DNA from: the human T2T-CHM13v2.0 reference genome, Homo sapiens
Length of the DNA: 64,000 bases
Reading direction: 5' to 3' (one strand)
Assembly: GCF_009914755.1 (NCBI RefSeq)
Contig: NC_060931.1
Within the stretch, counting starts at the first letter, position 1. Every line of letters begins with the position of its first letter. Position numbers and translations under genes: made by a program. The notes beneath the pieces are model-generated. The model saw only the letters and a program-made list of their open reading frames with translations, did not search any database and had not been told where the DNA came from. Positions 42,030-60,959 of the stretch are shown piece after piece.

Positions 42030-42520
42030 TCACACTCTCGAAGGTACACACAGAGGTACATGCTAAAAGGCACATGTTCAGAGGTCCATGATCAGAGGAA
42101 CACACAGAGGAACATGTTCAGAGACACACATGCAGTTACACACTCAAAGGGATGTGCTCAGTGGGACACTCAGAGATATACACGTAGATACATGCTTAGA
42201 GGTACACAGAGGTACATGCACACAAGTACACAAAATATACACAGAGATGTACATGCTCAGAGGTCACACACAAGGTACATATAGAGAAGGACATGCACAG
42301 ACACACACACTCAGGGGTACCCTCAAGATGTATGTGCACTGTACAGTTACACCGGAACACAGTTTTAGGTGTACCCCCAGATGAACATACTCCAAGGTTC
42401 ACAGAATAGGTATAATCACAGGTGCAAACAGAAGTACACTTATGCAGGTACAAACACAGAGCAACACCTATCACCTCACATGAACACACACTGACACACA
42501 CAAACATGCACAGACACATA
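42030..42520. repeat. Degenerate CA-rich minisatellite (acaca...cagaggtaca units); UG-rich in the NPC1L1 pre-mRNA
   Basis: Recurrent cagagg(t/a)aca(c/t) and cacac motifs. Confidence 0.8.
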
Positions 42521-42684
42521 ATTGTACCCCTTCCTATCACCCCCAATATGGCACAGCCACCGTCTAACAAGCTGGCCTGTGACAACGGCCCATATTTGTG
42601 TGCACATATAAATGTCAGTGTGCACACCCTCAAAGCCATGCACCAGGCATCCTCATGGTCTGCTCCCTTCTATAACATAAAGGC

Positions 42685-50275
<7,591 letters not shown>

Positions 50276-51454
50276 AAATGATAAAATTTTTAAAAGCAGT
50301 AAGAAACAAATGTCCCCAACAGAAAAATAAACAAAAGACATCAACATAAAACCTCAGCAGGGTCTGGCAGCCCATCACATCCTTCCTTCTTGCTCTTGGG
50401 GCACTAGAGACCCTCTTCACCTCAGCCCTGTGACATAGCCCCCAGGGCTTCTGCAGGTGGCAGGTTCATTCTGTGACTCCTCACCTGCTCTCCCTCCATA
50501 AAGTCACCCAAAGTACAGTCCTGAGCCATCTGCTCTTGTCCTCCCTCACCTGGCTTCCAGGACCCCAGGCCAGTACTGCCTAACACACCTACCCCAGCCG
50601 CACCCCACTCAGCCCTGTTGTGGGCTCAGGCCTGGCTGCTTCCACTGGGGCTCCTGCCAGTACCCAGACCCTTGCCCAAACCTCCATCACAGTTCCCCAG
50701 ATGGGACCTAGACATCGAGTCCCCTCGATGCCTTCCCTCTCCCTAGAGCTTGCTCATGCAGTCTGACCATGTGTCTCAGACTTTGTTGTCTGTGGCTGCT
50801 TCCTCTTGGCCACCAGCACATGGCCACCGCTGATGCATATCCAGAGGAGCCGGGTCCCCAGCCTTGGCTGATGCATTGTGCCTGTTGGCCCGCACACTTA
50901 CTGGTCCAGGCTGGGCAATCAGCACTCTCCCCGACCATGCCCTTGGCCTCCAGCTCATCCCACCCCCACAGTCGCTGCCACGCCCAGGAAACACACCTGG
51001 GCTCACCCTAGCCTCCCACTGGCGAGTCTGTCATCACTTTCCTCTGCAAATCCTATGTGACCTTGGAGGTCCCCTCCAACCACGGGGCTTTCCTTCCCCT
51101 GAACCCCTGCCCTCCCCGGGCTTCAGGCCCAGAGAATTCGCAGGGCTGGACACTGGGCAGGCACTCAGCAAAGTGGCAGTCATTCTTTGTGGCCTGCCAT
51201 CTCACATGGACAGCCCTCCGATGCCTGGGCCATCTCTCTTACTGTGGCCTGGGGCTGGCACCTGGCTGTTGTGCTGTTCATACACGAATGTGGCTTCACT
51301 CCCCAGGACTGCTGGAGGTGCCTCCAGAGTAATGAACAATTCTGCACCTCTGGCCAAGCCCCTGGCCGGAGGACCCCCCAACCCATCCCTGCTGGTTGCT
51401 ACTGCCCCTCCCCAAATCCCAGGGGCCTAAGGGTTGAGAAGGGCCTGGGCTCAC

Positions 51455-51544
51455 CTTGGGCAGGGCCAGCTCCTGGTCCAGTCCCACGCTGATGTGGCAC
51501 ATGGAGTAGAGGCTCACTCCGAACAGGGCGAGAAACAGCAGCAG
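51455..51544 (-). CDS. NPC1L1: NPC1L1 exon 10 (90 nt; LLLFLALFG...QELALPK)
   Basis: tctcag|CTG ... AAG|gtgagc. Confidence 0.97.
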
Positions 51545-51779
51545 CTGAGAAGGGACCTGCTGCATGAGACCACCCTGCCCAACAGCCGTCCCCCATCTCC
51601 CCACAAATTTAAGTCAGTCAGGGTGTCATGGGCAACATTCTGGAGTTGAGCAGACTTGCGTGCCAGCCCCAAGTATCAGCATTTGGGCCTAGGCAACCTC
51701 CCCACCTCCAACCCTGCTCTCCCTGAGGCGAGGTCCCCACCTAGTGCCCCTGCTCTCATGTGGTTCGAGGCCCACTCAC

Positions 51780-51917
51780 CACAACACCTCGAGTGATCCA
51801 GTGCAGCAGGAAGGGGGCATAAGCCTTTTGGAAGAAGCCAAGCAGGAGCCCCTCTCCCTGGCCAGGCGGGGGCAGCTCCTGGGGCTTGACACAGCAGCAG
51901 ACGTCCAACCGGGAGGC
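51780..51917 (-). CDS. NPC1L1: NPC1L1 exon 9 (138 nt; ASRLDVCCCVK...ITRGVV)
   Basis: ctccag|GCC ... GTG|gtgagt. Confidence 0.97.
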
Positions 51918-52148
51918 CTGGAGTGGGAGGCACCCCCTCAAGGTAGTCCCAGAGCAGACAAGGCCCCAGGGACCACCTTCTTGCCCCCAGGGAGTGTCAC
52001 CTTCTGTGGGTGGCCCGTGCCAGTGCCCTCATGGAGACATACCAGTGTGCTGTTTTCTTTGCTTTTATTTTAATCTTGATAAAATATCTTTAAATTTTAC
52101 ACCATCATGGGAACCAACAGATCAACTCCTGTCGACCTCTCATTTATA

Positions 52149-52887
<739 letters not shown>

Positions 52888-53130
52888 TATTTTATTTCTC
52901 AACATCATGCACTTTAGGAGGTTTGATTATATTTAAAAAATTGTCAAAACAAATTTATTTTTCTGTAGGAAATTGGAGAATACATGGCCTAAATATTACT
53001 CTCCTGGCACAATGCCCCTGTCCCCCACCCCATTCTCTGGGCCATCTCTGTGGTGGTAAAGCCACCCCATCTCCCTGCCATGGTGGGAACCCAGGGGCAG
53101 GTCCCTCAGTACTGGCCCAGCTGCCCCTAC

Positions 53131-53258
53131 CTCCTGCCTCTTGCTGTCCAGGGAGAGCAGGGCCACAAAGGCTGACATCTGCAGGAGGAAGTCAAGGATC
53201 ACTGCAAGGCCAGAGGTCAGGGCAAAGGTCCGCACAGCTGGCATGGGGGTCAGGGCCC
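53131..53258 (-). CDS. NPC1L1: NPC1L1 exon 8 (128 nt; [16 protein letters not shown]...DSKRQE), end of the sterol-sensing domain
   Basis: tcacag|GGGCC ... GAG|gtaggg. Confidence 0.97.
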
Positions 53259-53438
53259 CTGTGAGGGAGCAGAGGGCTGTCAGGGCACCCTGGCTTCAAG
53301 GGCAGAGTGGTAGCCGACATTGACAGGGTGCAGGGGGAAGGGAATCTGCACTATACCCACTGCCCTCTGGGAACTCCTAGGCCCCGGCACTAACCCAGCA
53401 AGCCTAATGCCGAGTGGGGAGGTCTCACCCAGGCTCAC

Positions 53439-53553
53439 CTAGGAAGAAGCAGATGGCCTCAGAGAGGCTGCACAACAGCATGCTGGGAGCCACCCTGCCT
53501 AGGGCTCGCCCAATGTGGACCTCTCGTGGCTCCCCAGGCCTCCGGGGCAGCCT
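53439..53553 (-). CDS. NPC1L1: NPC1L1 exon 7 (115 nt; RLPRRPGEPREVHIG...ICFFL)
   Basis: acacag|AGG ... CTAG|gtgagc. Confidence 0.97.
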
Positions 53554-54146
53554 CTGTGTGGGAACAGCAGGGATAAGAGCCAGGGCCCTCCAAGGGCACC
53601 GCCCCTCAAAGGCCAGCAGGGAGTTGGCAAGTGCCCAGAGCTGCAGCCAGGCCTGAGGAGCTGCTCTGACCTTCCTGAATCATCAGAGACTCTCATACTC
53701 TCCATGGCCAATATTCTTCTTCCAGGGTCTGGCTGGGAGAAATGGTTGGTGCATTTGAGATGTCTATAGCATCCCTGTTCCAAGCACTGTTGGAACCCTA
53801 ATTGTTCACCAACAGGGAGAGGTGAAATCGACTCTGATTTATCCTTACCATGGAATGCTACGTAGCAGCATAAAGACAGGAGGAGGCTGTAATGTACTAA
53901 CATGGAGAGGTTTTACTAGACATTGCAAGGGGTTAACAGAAAGCTAATTCCAGATGGTAGAGGCAGGATGAAGTCATTTATGTCAACACACTCTAGTTTC
54001 TACAGATATTGTAAACATGCGTGTCGATGAACAGAAAGAGTCTGCAGGGAGACCCAGCAAATTCACGCCAGAGTCCCATCAGGCCAGGAGGTGAGGTTGG
54101 GAGAAGAGTGGGCAGTTGGGGGTGTGGAGAGCTCCTCCCTTCTTAC

Positions 54147-54329
54147 CTGGTACTCGAGAACAAAGATGAAGATGTTATCAGCCCCCACGGACAGCACCAG
54201 GAAAGGAACCACTTGCAGGATGACCAGGGAGGAGCGGATACCCAAGTAGGAGAAGAAGCCCATGGCAGCCATGACTGCTCCCAGGACCACGGCCACCCCG
54301 CCGAGGCCCAGCGTGGCCTTGGAGTCCAC
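54147..54329 (-). CDS. NPC1L1: NPC1L1 exon 6 (183 nt; VDSKATLGLGGV...VPFLVLSVGADNIFIFVLEYQ), sterol-sensing domain
   Basis: ttgcag|GTG ... CAG|gtaaga; PFLxLxVGxDN SSD motif. Confidence 0.98.
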
Positions 54330-54651
54330 CTGCAATGCAAACAGGCTCAGCCCCCTAGCCACTTAGCACCTACCCAGTATGCCCACCAGCCTCAGCTAGG
54401 CCAGACAAAGTAGCCGGCAGGCACCCTCAGTGCCTGCAGGTGCCCGATACTGCCCCCAGTGGTGAGGAGCTCACATCTCACATTAAAGCCCCTCTGCAGA
54501 GCCATCCTCCCAAGGGGAGGTCCAGGAAACCCAAAGGCATGGGTGAGCCTACTCCATCTTCCTTGAGCATGCATTGCAAGAGATTTTAAGTCTTAGCTTT
54601 GCATTTGGGCAAGTGAGGGTATGGCATGTAACAGACAGAAAACTGCTCTTA

Positions 54652-55340
54652 GGCCAGGTGTGCTGGCTCACACCTGTAATCTCAACATTTTGGGAGGCTG
54701 ATGAGGAAGAATCACTTGAGCCCAGGAGTTTGAGACCAGCCTAGGCAAAAAGCGAGACCCCATCTCTACAAAAACTACAAAACAAAAAAAATGGCCGGAC
54801 GTGGTAGCTCACGCATGTAATCCCAGCACTTTGGGTGGGCGGATCACCTGAGGCCAGGAGTTCAAGACCAGTCTGACCAACATGGAGAAACCCCATCTCT
54901 ACTAAAAACACAAAATTAGCCAGGCGTGGTGACACATGCCTGTAATGCCAGCTACTCGGGAGGCTGAGGCAGGAGAATTGTTGAACCCAGGAGGCGGAGG
55001 TTGCAGTGAGCCGAGATCGCGCCGTTACACTGCAGCCTGGGCAACAAGAGCAAAGCTCTGTCTCAAAAAAAAAAAAAAAATAGCTGGGCACAATGGCAAG
55101 TGCCTATAGTCCCAACTACTTGGGAGGCTGAAGCAGGAGGATCACTTGTGCCCAGGAGTTTTGAGGTTGCAGTGAGCTAAGATCATGCCACTGCACTCCA
55201 GCCTGGGCAACAGAGCAAGACCCTGTCTCAAAAGAAAGAAAGAGAGAAAAAGAGAAACAGAGAGAGAAAGAAAAGAAAGAGAAAGAGAGGGTAGGAGGGA
55301 AAAGAGAAGAGAAAAGAAAAGCAAAGAAAAGAGAAGAAAA
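54652..55340 (+). mobile_element. Nested Alus (an Alu inserted in the linker of an older Alu) ending in a (GAAA)n purine tract
   Basis: Left arm ~54652-54790, full Alu ~54793-55080, right arm ~55081-55230. Confidence 0.88.
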
Positions 55341-55539
55341 AGAAAGGAAAAGAAAAGAAAATTGCTCTTGACCTTTCAGCACAGAACACTTGCAAGAGGT
55401 ATTACCCTTTGGGGCAGCCACTTGGGTGTGTCCACTTTGCTGTTCTGAGGTGCTGTGGTTAGGAAAGTTGTAGAAGGCCTACTGAAGATGCCTGGGGTCC
55501 TGGGCTAGCCCACTTAGCTGTGTCCCTCCCGCTTCTCAC

Positions 55540-55668
55540 CATCACTCGGCTCCAGCTGGAATAGCTGCCCAGGGCCAGAGAGATGTACAGGAATATGACA
55601 ATGTAGCTGGTGGCAAAGATGGGCAGGTCTTCAGCTGTGGTGCGATTGATCTCGTCTTCCAGAGAGCG
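55540..55668 (-). CDS. NPC1L1: NPC1L1 exon 5 (129 nt; RSLEDEINRTTAEDLP...WSRVM)
   Basis: ccacag|CGC ... ATG|gtgaga. Confidence 0.97.
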
Positions 55669-55955
55669 CTGTGGACACACACCCGACCAGCCCCCACTGA
55701 CCGTGCCTGCTTCAGCCAGGCCAGCTCTCAATAGCTCGGTCACTGGGCACTAATTGTGTGTTGTGTCATAGGGCCTGATGGCCCCCTATAATCGCAGGTG
55801 AGGCTATAAGAACAGCCATCACAATCACCCCGTTCTGAGCAGGCAGCCACTGCCCAGGGTCACTTAGGAAGGGCCAGGGCCAGGATGGGGACACAGGAAC
55901 TGACCCAAGACCACCTGGGTTGCACCCCCAGAGCCAGGGACCCTGCAGCCCCTAC

Positions 55956-56128
55956 CTCAGCCATGAACGTGACCTGGAACATGCCAGCCATCCGACGCTG
56001 GAAGGCTCGCATTTCCTCTAAGAAGGCCTCCTCCCACAGCTTGGCCTGGGCCAGACGGGGGTCCCCGGCAGGGTAATTGTTGAGGGAGAACGTCATGATC
56101 AGGGCCTCTGCCTCAGAATAGTCCTTTC
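55956..56128 (-). CDS. NPC1L1: NPC1L1 exon 4 (173 nt; KDYSEAEALIMTFSLNN...VTFMAE)
   Basis: tcccag|GAAAG ... GAG|gtaggg. Confidence 0.97.
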
Positions 56129-56541
56129 CTGGGATAAGAAATACTCAGACCCTTCCTGCTGCACCCGTGCCTCCCTCCCCCTCCAGCTGCACCCCTATAT
56201 TCCCTCCCCCTATCTAGCTGCACCCCTCCCATCACCCCTTGCTCCTTCTCCCCCACTCCTTCCTCATCTGATACATGGCCTTACCTCCTACACCCCACTT
56301 CTCTCAGCCAAAGGCGAGACCTTTGGGCCCAGGCAGAAAAACCACAGTGCCTGAGTAACACTACTAGAAGATAAAGGAGATGGCAGAGAGAGGAAACAGG
56401 ACAGGGTTGGCCTACAGCTTCCAGAAGCCAGGCTACCCCCAGGCCGCGAGAATCCCCAGCACCACTCCCACCCTCCCGTCTATGGTTCCTGCCCCAATAC
56501 TGCATCTTCCTTGGCTTCCTCTCAGGGCCCACTTAGCTTAC

Positions 56542-56642
56542 CTTTGTACCCCCCAATGGCAAGGAAGGGGAAGACAGGGGCCCCGTAGTCAGCCATGCAG
56601 CTCAGGGCCAGGGCTGTGCCATCCTTGAAGGTGAGCGGGGCA
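56542..56642 (-). CDS. NPC1L1: NPC1L1 exon 3 (101 nt; APLTFKDGTALALSCMADYGAPVFPFLAIGGYK)
   Basis: ctctag|TGCC ... AAAG|gtaagc. Confidence 0.97.
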
Positions 56643-57686
56643 CTAGAGGGAGATGACCGCAAAGGGAAAGGGCCTTTCCTGGCCCTGCCCAGTCCCTATG
56701 GCCCCTCCCTTCCCCTCCCACCCCAGACCCACAGCACTATGGAGGGTGAGCTGGTGGGGTGGGGGACACTGGCTGCAGATAGCCCAGCTATCTGCATTTA
56801 GGCCATTTAGCTATTTAGGACCCAGCCGAGTGGGTCCTAAATGGCTCCCATCCAGCAAGATCTCCTGCAGGCCCCCACCCACGGAGTGAGTTGGAGCTGC
56901 CCTGAGTGCCTTCTCTGTGGCAGGCAGGGGCTGCTCCGGGACCTGTCCCTCTGAGCCTCTCATGTCTCCACACACTGGCCTGACCTTCCTGGCTCTGACA
57001 TTATCTGACTCTGGATTGAGCGTCACACCTGAAGTCCCGTGAGGGTGGAAGAGCTGGGATTTGAGCCATGGGGTCTGGCATGGGCTGTCTCAAACGTTGC
57101 CCTCTCAGCCTCCTTCTCCTGCCTAGGGCCCCCGAAACCCTTTAGGTATTGAGGTTAGATTTGGAACCCTGGAGCCCAGCAGCCAATGTTTTCACAGTTT
57201 ACTAGACTGGTGCCCTCAGGCAAGTCTGTAGGTCCTTCAGCTTAGCCCTTTCTGCAAAGCCCGTCATTGCGAAGATGCAGTGGGACACCTGAGCAAAGCT
57301 CTCTACCCCCCTCTCTCAGATCTCAGCAAGCGAGTGCTGGTTGCTGTGTGACCTTGAGCAGCTTACCACACCCCTCTGAACCTCAGTTTTCCTGTCTGTA
57401 AAATGGAGATAATTGGACCACCCGAGAGTTGTTGTGAGCATCCGAAGTCAAAATAAAGATAATACCCTATAATGGACTATAAAGCTACCGTCAGACATGA
57501 GTCTGAGGTCAGACCATGATGCCTCCCCAGAGCAAACAATGGCTCCTCTCGTTCCTGCTATTTCCAAGAGAGAGCCCTTGGGTTCCTGGCACAGACACTC
57601 TGGGAAGCAGCCCAAACTTGGGGCCCAGCTGAGGGATGCAGAGCCAGGTAGCAGGGGACAGAAAGTGTCGGCACTCTCTTCCAATC

Positions 57687-57820
57687 CAGTGGTTCTCAAA
57701 GTGTGGCCTGGGGCCCTTAGGCATCCTGGAGACCCTTTCCAGGGTCTGTAAGGTCAGAACTGTTTTCATAATAACACTAAGATGCTATTTGCCCCTTTTA
57801 ACTCTCATTTGCTCTGGAGT
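57687..57820 (+). mobile_element. hAT-Charlie terminal fragment
   Basis: Starts with the Charlie TIR cagtggttctcaaagtgtgg; no matching right end found. Confidence 0.5.
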
Positions 57821-58516
57821 ATGGAGTACTAAACGTTCATCTTGAGGACCTCTGCTCTACTCCAACCTCAAGGAGCCTCCACTGCCAAGGCCCTGCTGCT
57901 GCCCTTGGCTCTTGGCCCCCTTGGCCCAGCAGCGTTGTTGGCATCTTGTTGGCAGCACACCAGAGTGGACAGAACCAAAGACCGAACCCCAATCAATAGA
58001 AGTGTGTGTGGCTGTGGCCTACCCCAGGACACCCGGCCCAGGTGCCTGAGACCAGCCACGACCTCTGGCCTGAGGGCACCTTTTCCAATGCATACCATGG
58101 TACCTCATGGGTTACTGATGGCCCTACGGCCCCTGGCACAGAAACAAGAAGCAAAACATAGCAAATATAAATATGTACTCTGCCAATCGGGCTCCTCTGT
58201 CAGACTTAAAGCAAGAGTGTGGCAGGGAGCTCCCACATGTCAAGAAATCTGCAGAAAGACAGAGTGGACTCGGGGTTGAAGGGCCAGCGATGGCCACGCA
58301 CAAACCTGCAGCCATGAGCAGGAACTCTGACCAAAGGAAATGGCGGCCGGACGAGGGGCAGAGATAATCATCTGGGCGGCCCCAGGCCAGAGCCGTAGGA
58401 ATAGCTACCTCTGGTCCTTCAGGACCAGCTGTATGCCCGGCCAGGTTCCCAGGAGGCCATGGCAGCCCAGCCCCAGCCCCAGCCCACTCCTCGCTTGGGC
58501 CCCACCATGGACTCAC

Positions 58517-60042
58517 TTGGCACAGTACAGAAAATGGTCCTTCCAGTCGACTTGGGAGGTCTGCCCCATCAGTGTCTGGTTGGCTGTGAGCAGCAGGAGC
58601 GTGCGGTTGTTCTGGAAATACTGCAGGAGGCTGTTGATGCAGCAGTCGTAGAGACTGGTATTGTCCGGATTGAGGGGGGCGTAGCAGATGTCCTGCAGGG
58701 AGATGTTGCGCTGTGCTTCGGGCGACCATACCTGGAGGTGCCGCAGCCTCTCCTGCAGCTCTAGCAGCTCCAGCAGCAAGTCCAGGTCCAGGATTCCGCT
58801 GAAGTTCTTGGGCCCCAGCAGCAGAGAGTCATACCTGTAGCTGGACCGGTTAGGAGCCGTCAGGATCACCTGGTTGGTTCGGAAGAAGGGGCCGAAATGC
58901 TGGTCATGGAAAGCTTTCTCACTCCGGGCTTGGCTGTTGGGGGCCGACCACAGCTCCACGGGGTCCGTAGTGAGTTCTGTAAAGACCAGGCCCGCTGCCA
59001 AGGCCACCACCGGGATGACAGATAGCACCAAGATGGTCAGAGGCCACGAAGCCACCCACGTGCCCCAGCCCTGGAAGAACTGGCCAAGGAGGGTGTGGGT
59101 GGAGAAGCTGAGCTTGTCAGAGAGGCTGGTGCCCTTCTTGGGGTCCACCATCTTGCTTTTGTCCCTGGCGGGGGCCACACGGAATCCCACAAGCAGGATG
59201 GTGACCACAGCGAAGACAGAGCAGAGGATGATGATGAGGACCAGACTGCCCGGCATCTGGCCCAGGTAGAAGGTGGAGTCCAGGGCCTGGGGGCGGGCTA
59301 TGGCAGGACAGGATGCAGCACAGTCTTGGCAGGAGCAGGTCGCCACGTCGTCACCTTGGGACTCATTGCAACGTGCAACCCCCTCATTCAGAGGCTGAAT
59401 CCCACTCCCCACGGCCTGGCCAGGCTCCAAGAGGTGGAAGGTGATGTCCAGTGGGGCCAGACCATTGCCTGTGTCTCCCTGGAAGTTGAGCCAGCGCTGG
59501 GCATTGCAAAGGGCAGAGCCATACACGCCACACATGGTGCCCACAGCCAGCGTGGCAGCTGCAGGGACGCGCACACGGCTGCAGGAGTCATAGCTCTGCT
59601 CGGCAAAGCTATGCTGGTAGAAGGCCTCATAGGCCACCACAGCTGGGAGTTGTCCAGCCCCTAGCTGGGCCACGCGGGTCACATTGATGAAGAGGCTCTG
59701 ATTGGGGCTGCACGTGTTGTGGCAGTGCAGGTTCACAAAATTGTCAGAGCAGGCTGGGCAGCGGGTGAGGAGGGCCTTGGTGATCGACAGACTCGCTTCC
59801 AGTGATACCAGCTGCTTGGCGGAGCAGCAGGCTTGGGTGTTGGGGCCGGTGTAGAGGCGGGGGCAGATCTTCTGTAATAGGATCAGGTGATCACCTGTGA
59901 TCTTGCGGGCCGGCGTGTTGGACAGGCAGGACACGTTGGAGAGTGTCATGAGGCTTCCAGACAGCTCTGGGTTCTTCCCACATTCGTCATAGAAGGCGCA
60001 GTAGCCAGGCTGGTGGATGGTTGTGTAAGGCTCACTCTGGGC
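58517..60042 (-). CDS. NPC1L1: NPC1L1 exon 2 (1526 nt): N-terminal cholesterol-binding domain, TM1-2 and first half of the middle luminal domain
   Basis: ctgcag|GCCCAG ... GCCAA|gtgagt; Cys-rich NPC1-like domain (RCPACSDNF..LHCHNTCSPNQSLF). Confidence 0.99.
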
Positions 60043-60905
60043 CTGCAGAGCACAGCAACATCACGCGTGGGCCCTGACACAGCTGGGTGCCATCCAGGCA
60101 GCAGGCAGCCAGGGAGGGTGTGAGGGTAAGAAGGACATGGAGCAGGGGCAGGGAAGCGGGGAGTGTGGGGAGTAGGAAGCCTCCTGGAGGCATGTGCCAG
60201 CCAGCCAGTGTTGGAGTGACAACACTGGCCTTTCTTCCTGGGGGTGGCCTGATAGACCTGCAGCTTAGGAAAGTCATGCTGGAGAGGCCAGAGATGGGTA
60301 AGGAGGCAAAGCTGACTCCAAGGTCCCGGGCTCTGCCCACGTCAAAGTCAGCCTGAGTCCCCACACTGTACACCACATCCAGAGGCCAGGGTCTCTCATG
60401 GAGAGTCTGTTCAGGAGGCCCCCCGACTCCCACCACCACTACCACCACCTGCTTGAGGCCAAAAGCTGTCACCCACCTCCCAGACACAAAGTAAGCGAGG
60501 AACTTAAGAGGTGCCAGCGCTGGATCTTCTCCCAGCCTCCAGAGTGCTCAGTCCTCCCTAGGTGATGCTCACCAGGTAACCCCATCCCAGCACCTCCTTG
60601 CCTCAGACCTCCCTCAACTGCAGGCCTGGACCCCACAGTAGGGCCAGTGACAGGAGGGACTTGGAGCACCCCAGTCCAGCAGCCTCTTTCACCCCTGTGT
60701 GCATTCAAGCCTGTAACCTGGAAACCCTCCACCTGCACCCCTCCTCTGTGGGGCCTGGCATCCCTCATGTGTCCAGAGACTTGCCCAGCCCGCAGGCCCT
60801 GAGGCTCCCTTGCTGTCACCCAGTAACGCTCGCCTGGTACACGGCTGGCCCCAGGGTCCCTAACTGGAGGCCGCAGGGGAGGTGGAGCCAAGCCCTGGGA
60901 CTCAC

Positions 60906-60959
60906 CAAGCGCAGGAGCAGGGCCCACAGCAGCCAGCCCCTCAGGCCGGCCTCCGCCAT
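60906..60959 (-). CDS. NPC1L1: NPC1L1 exon 1 coding part (MAEAGLRGWLLWALLLRL, signal peptide)
   Basis: gggATGG Kozak and TTG|gtgagt donor. The 19 constitutive exons sum to 3999 nt. Confidence 0.97.

Noticed and set aside
50713-50730. Small hairpin catcgag-tccc-ctcgatg
   Set aside because: 7-bp arms are expected by chance in 64 kb.
58874-59664. Long plus-strand ORFs (131 and 189 aa) opposite NPC1L1 exon 2
   Set aside because: Expected antisense shadows of GC-rich coding sequence; no independent promoter or recognisable domain.
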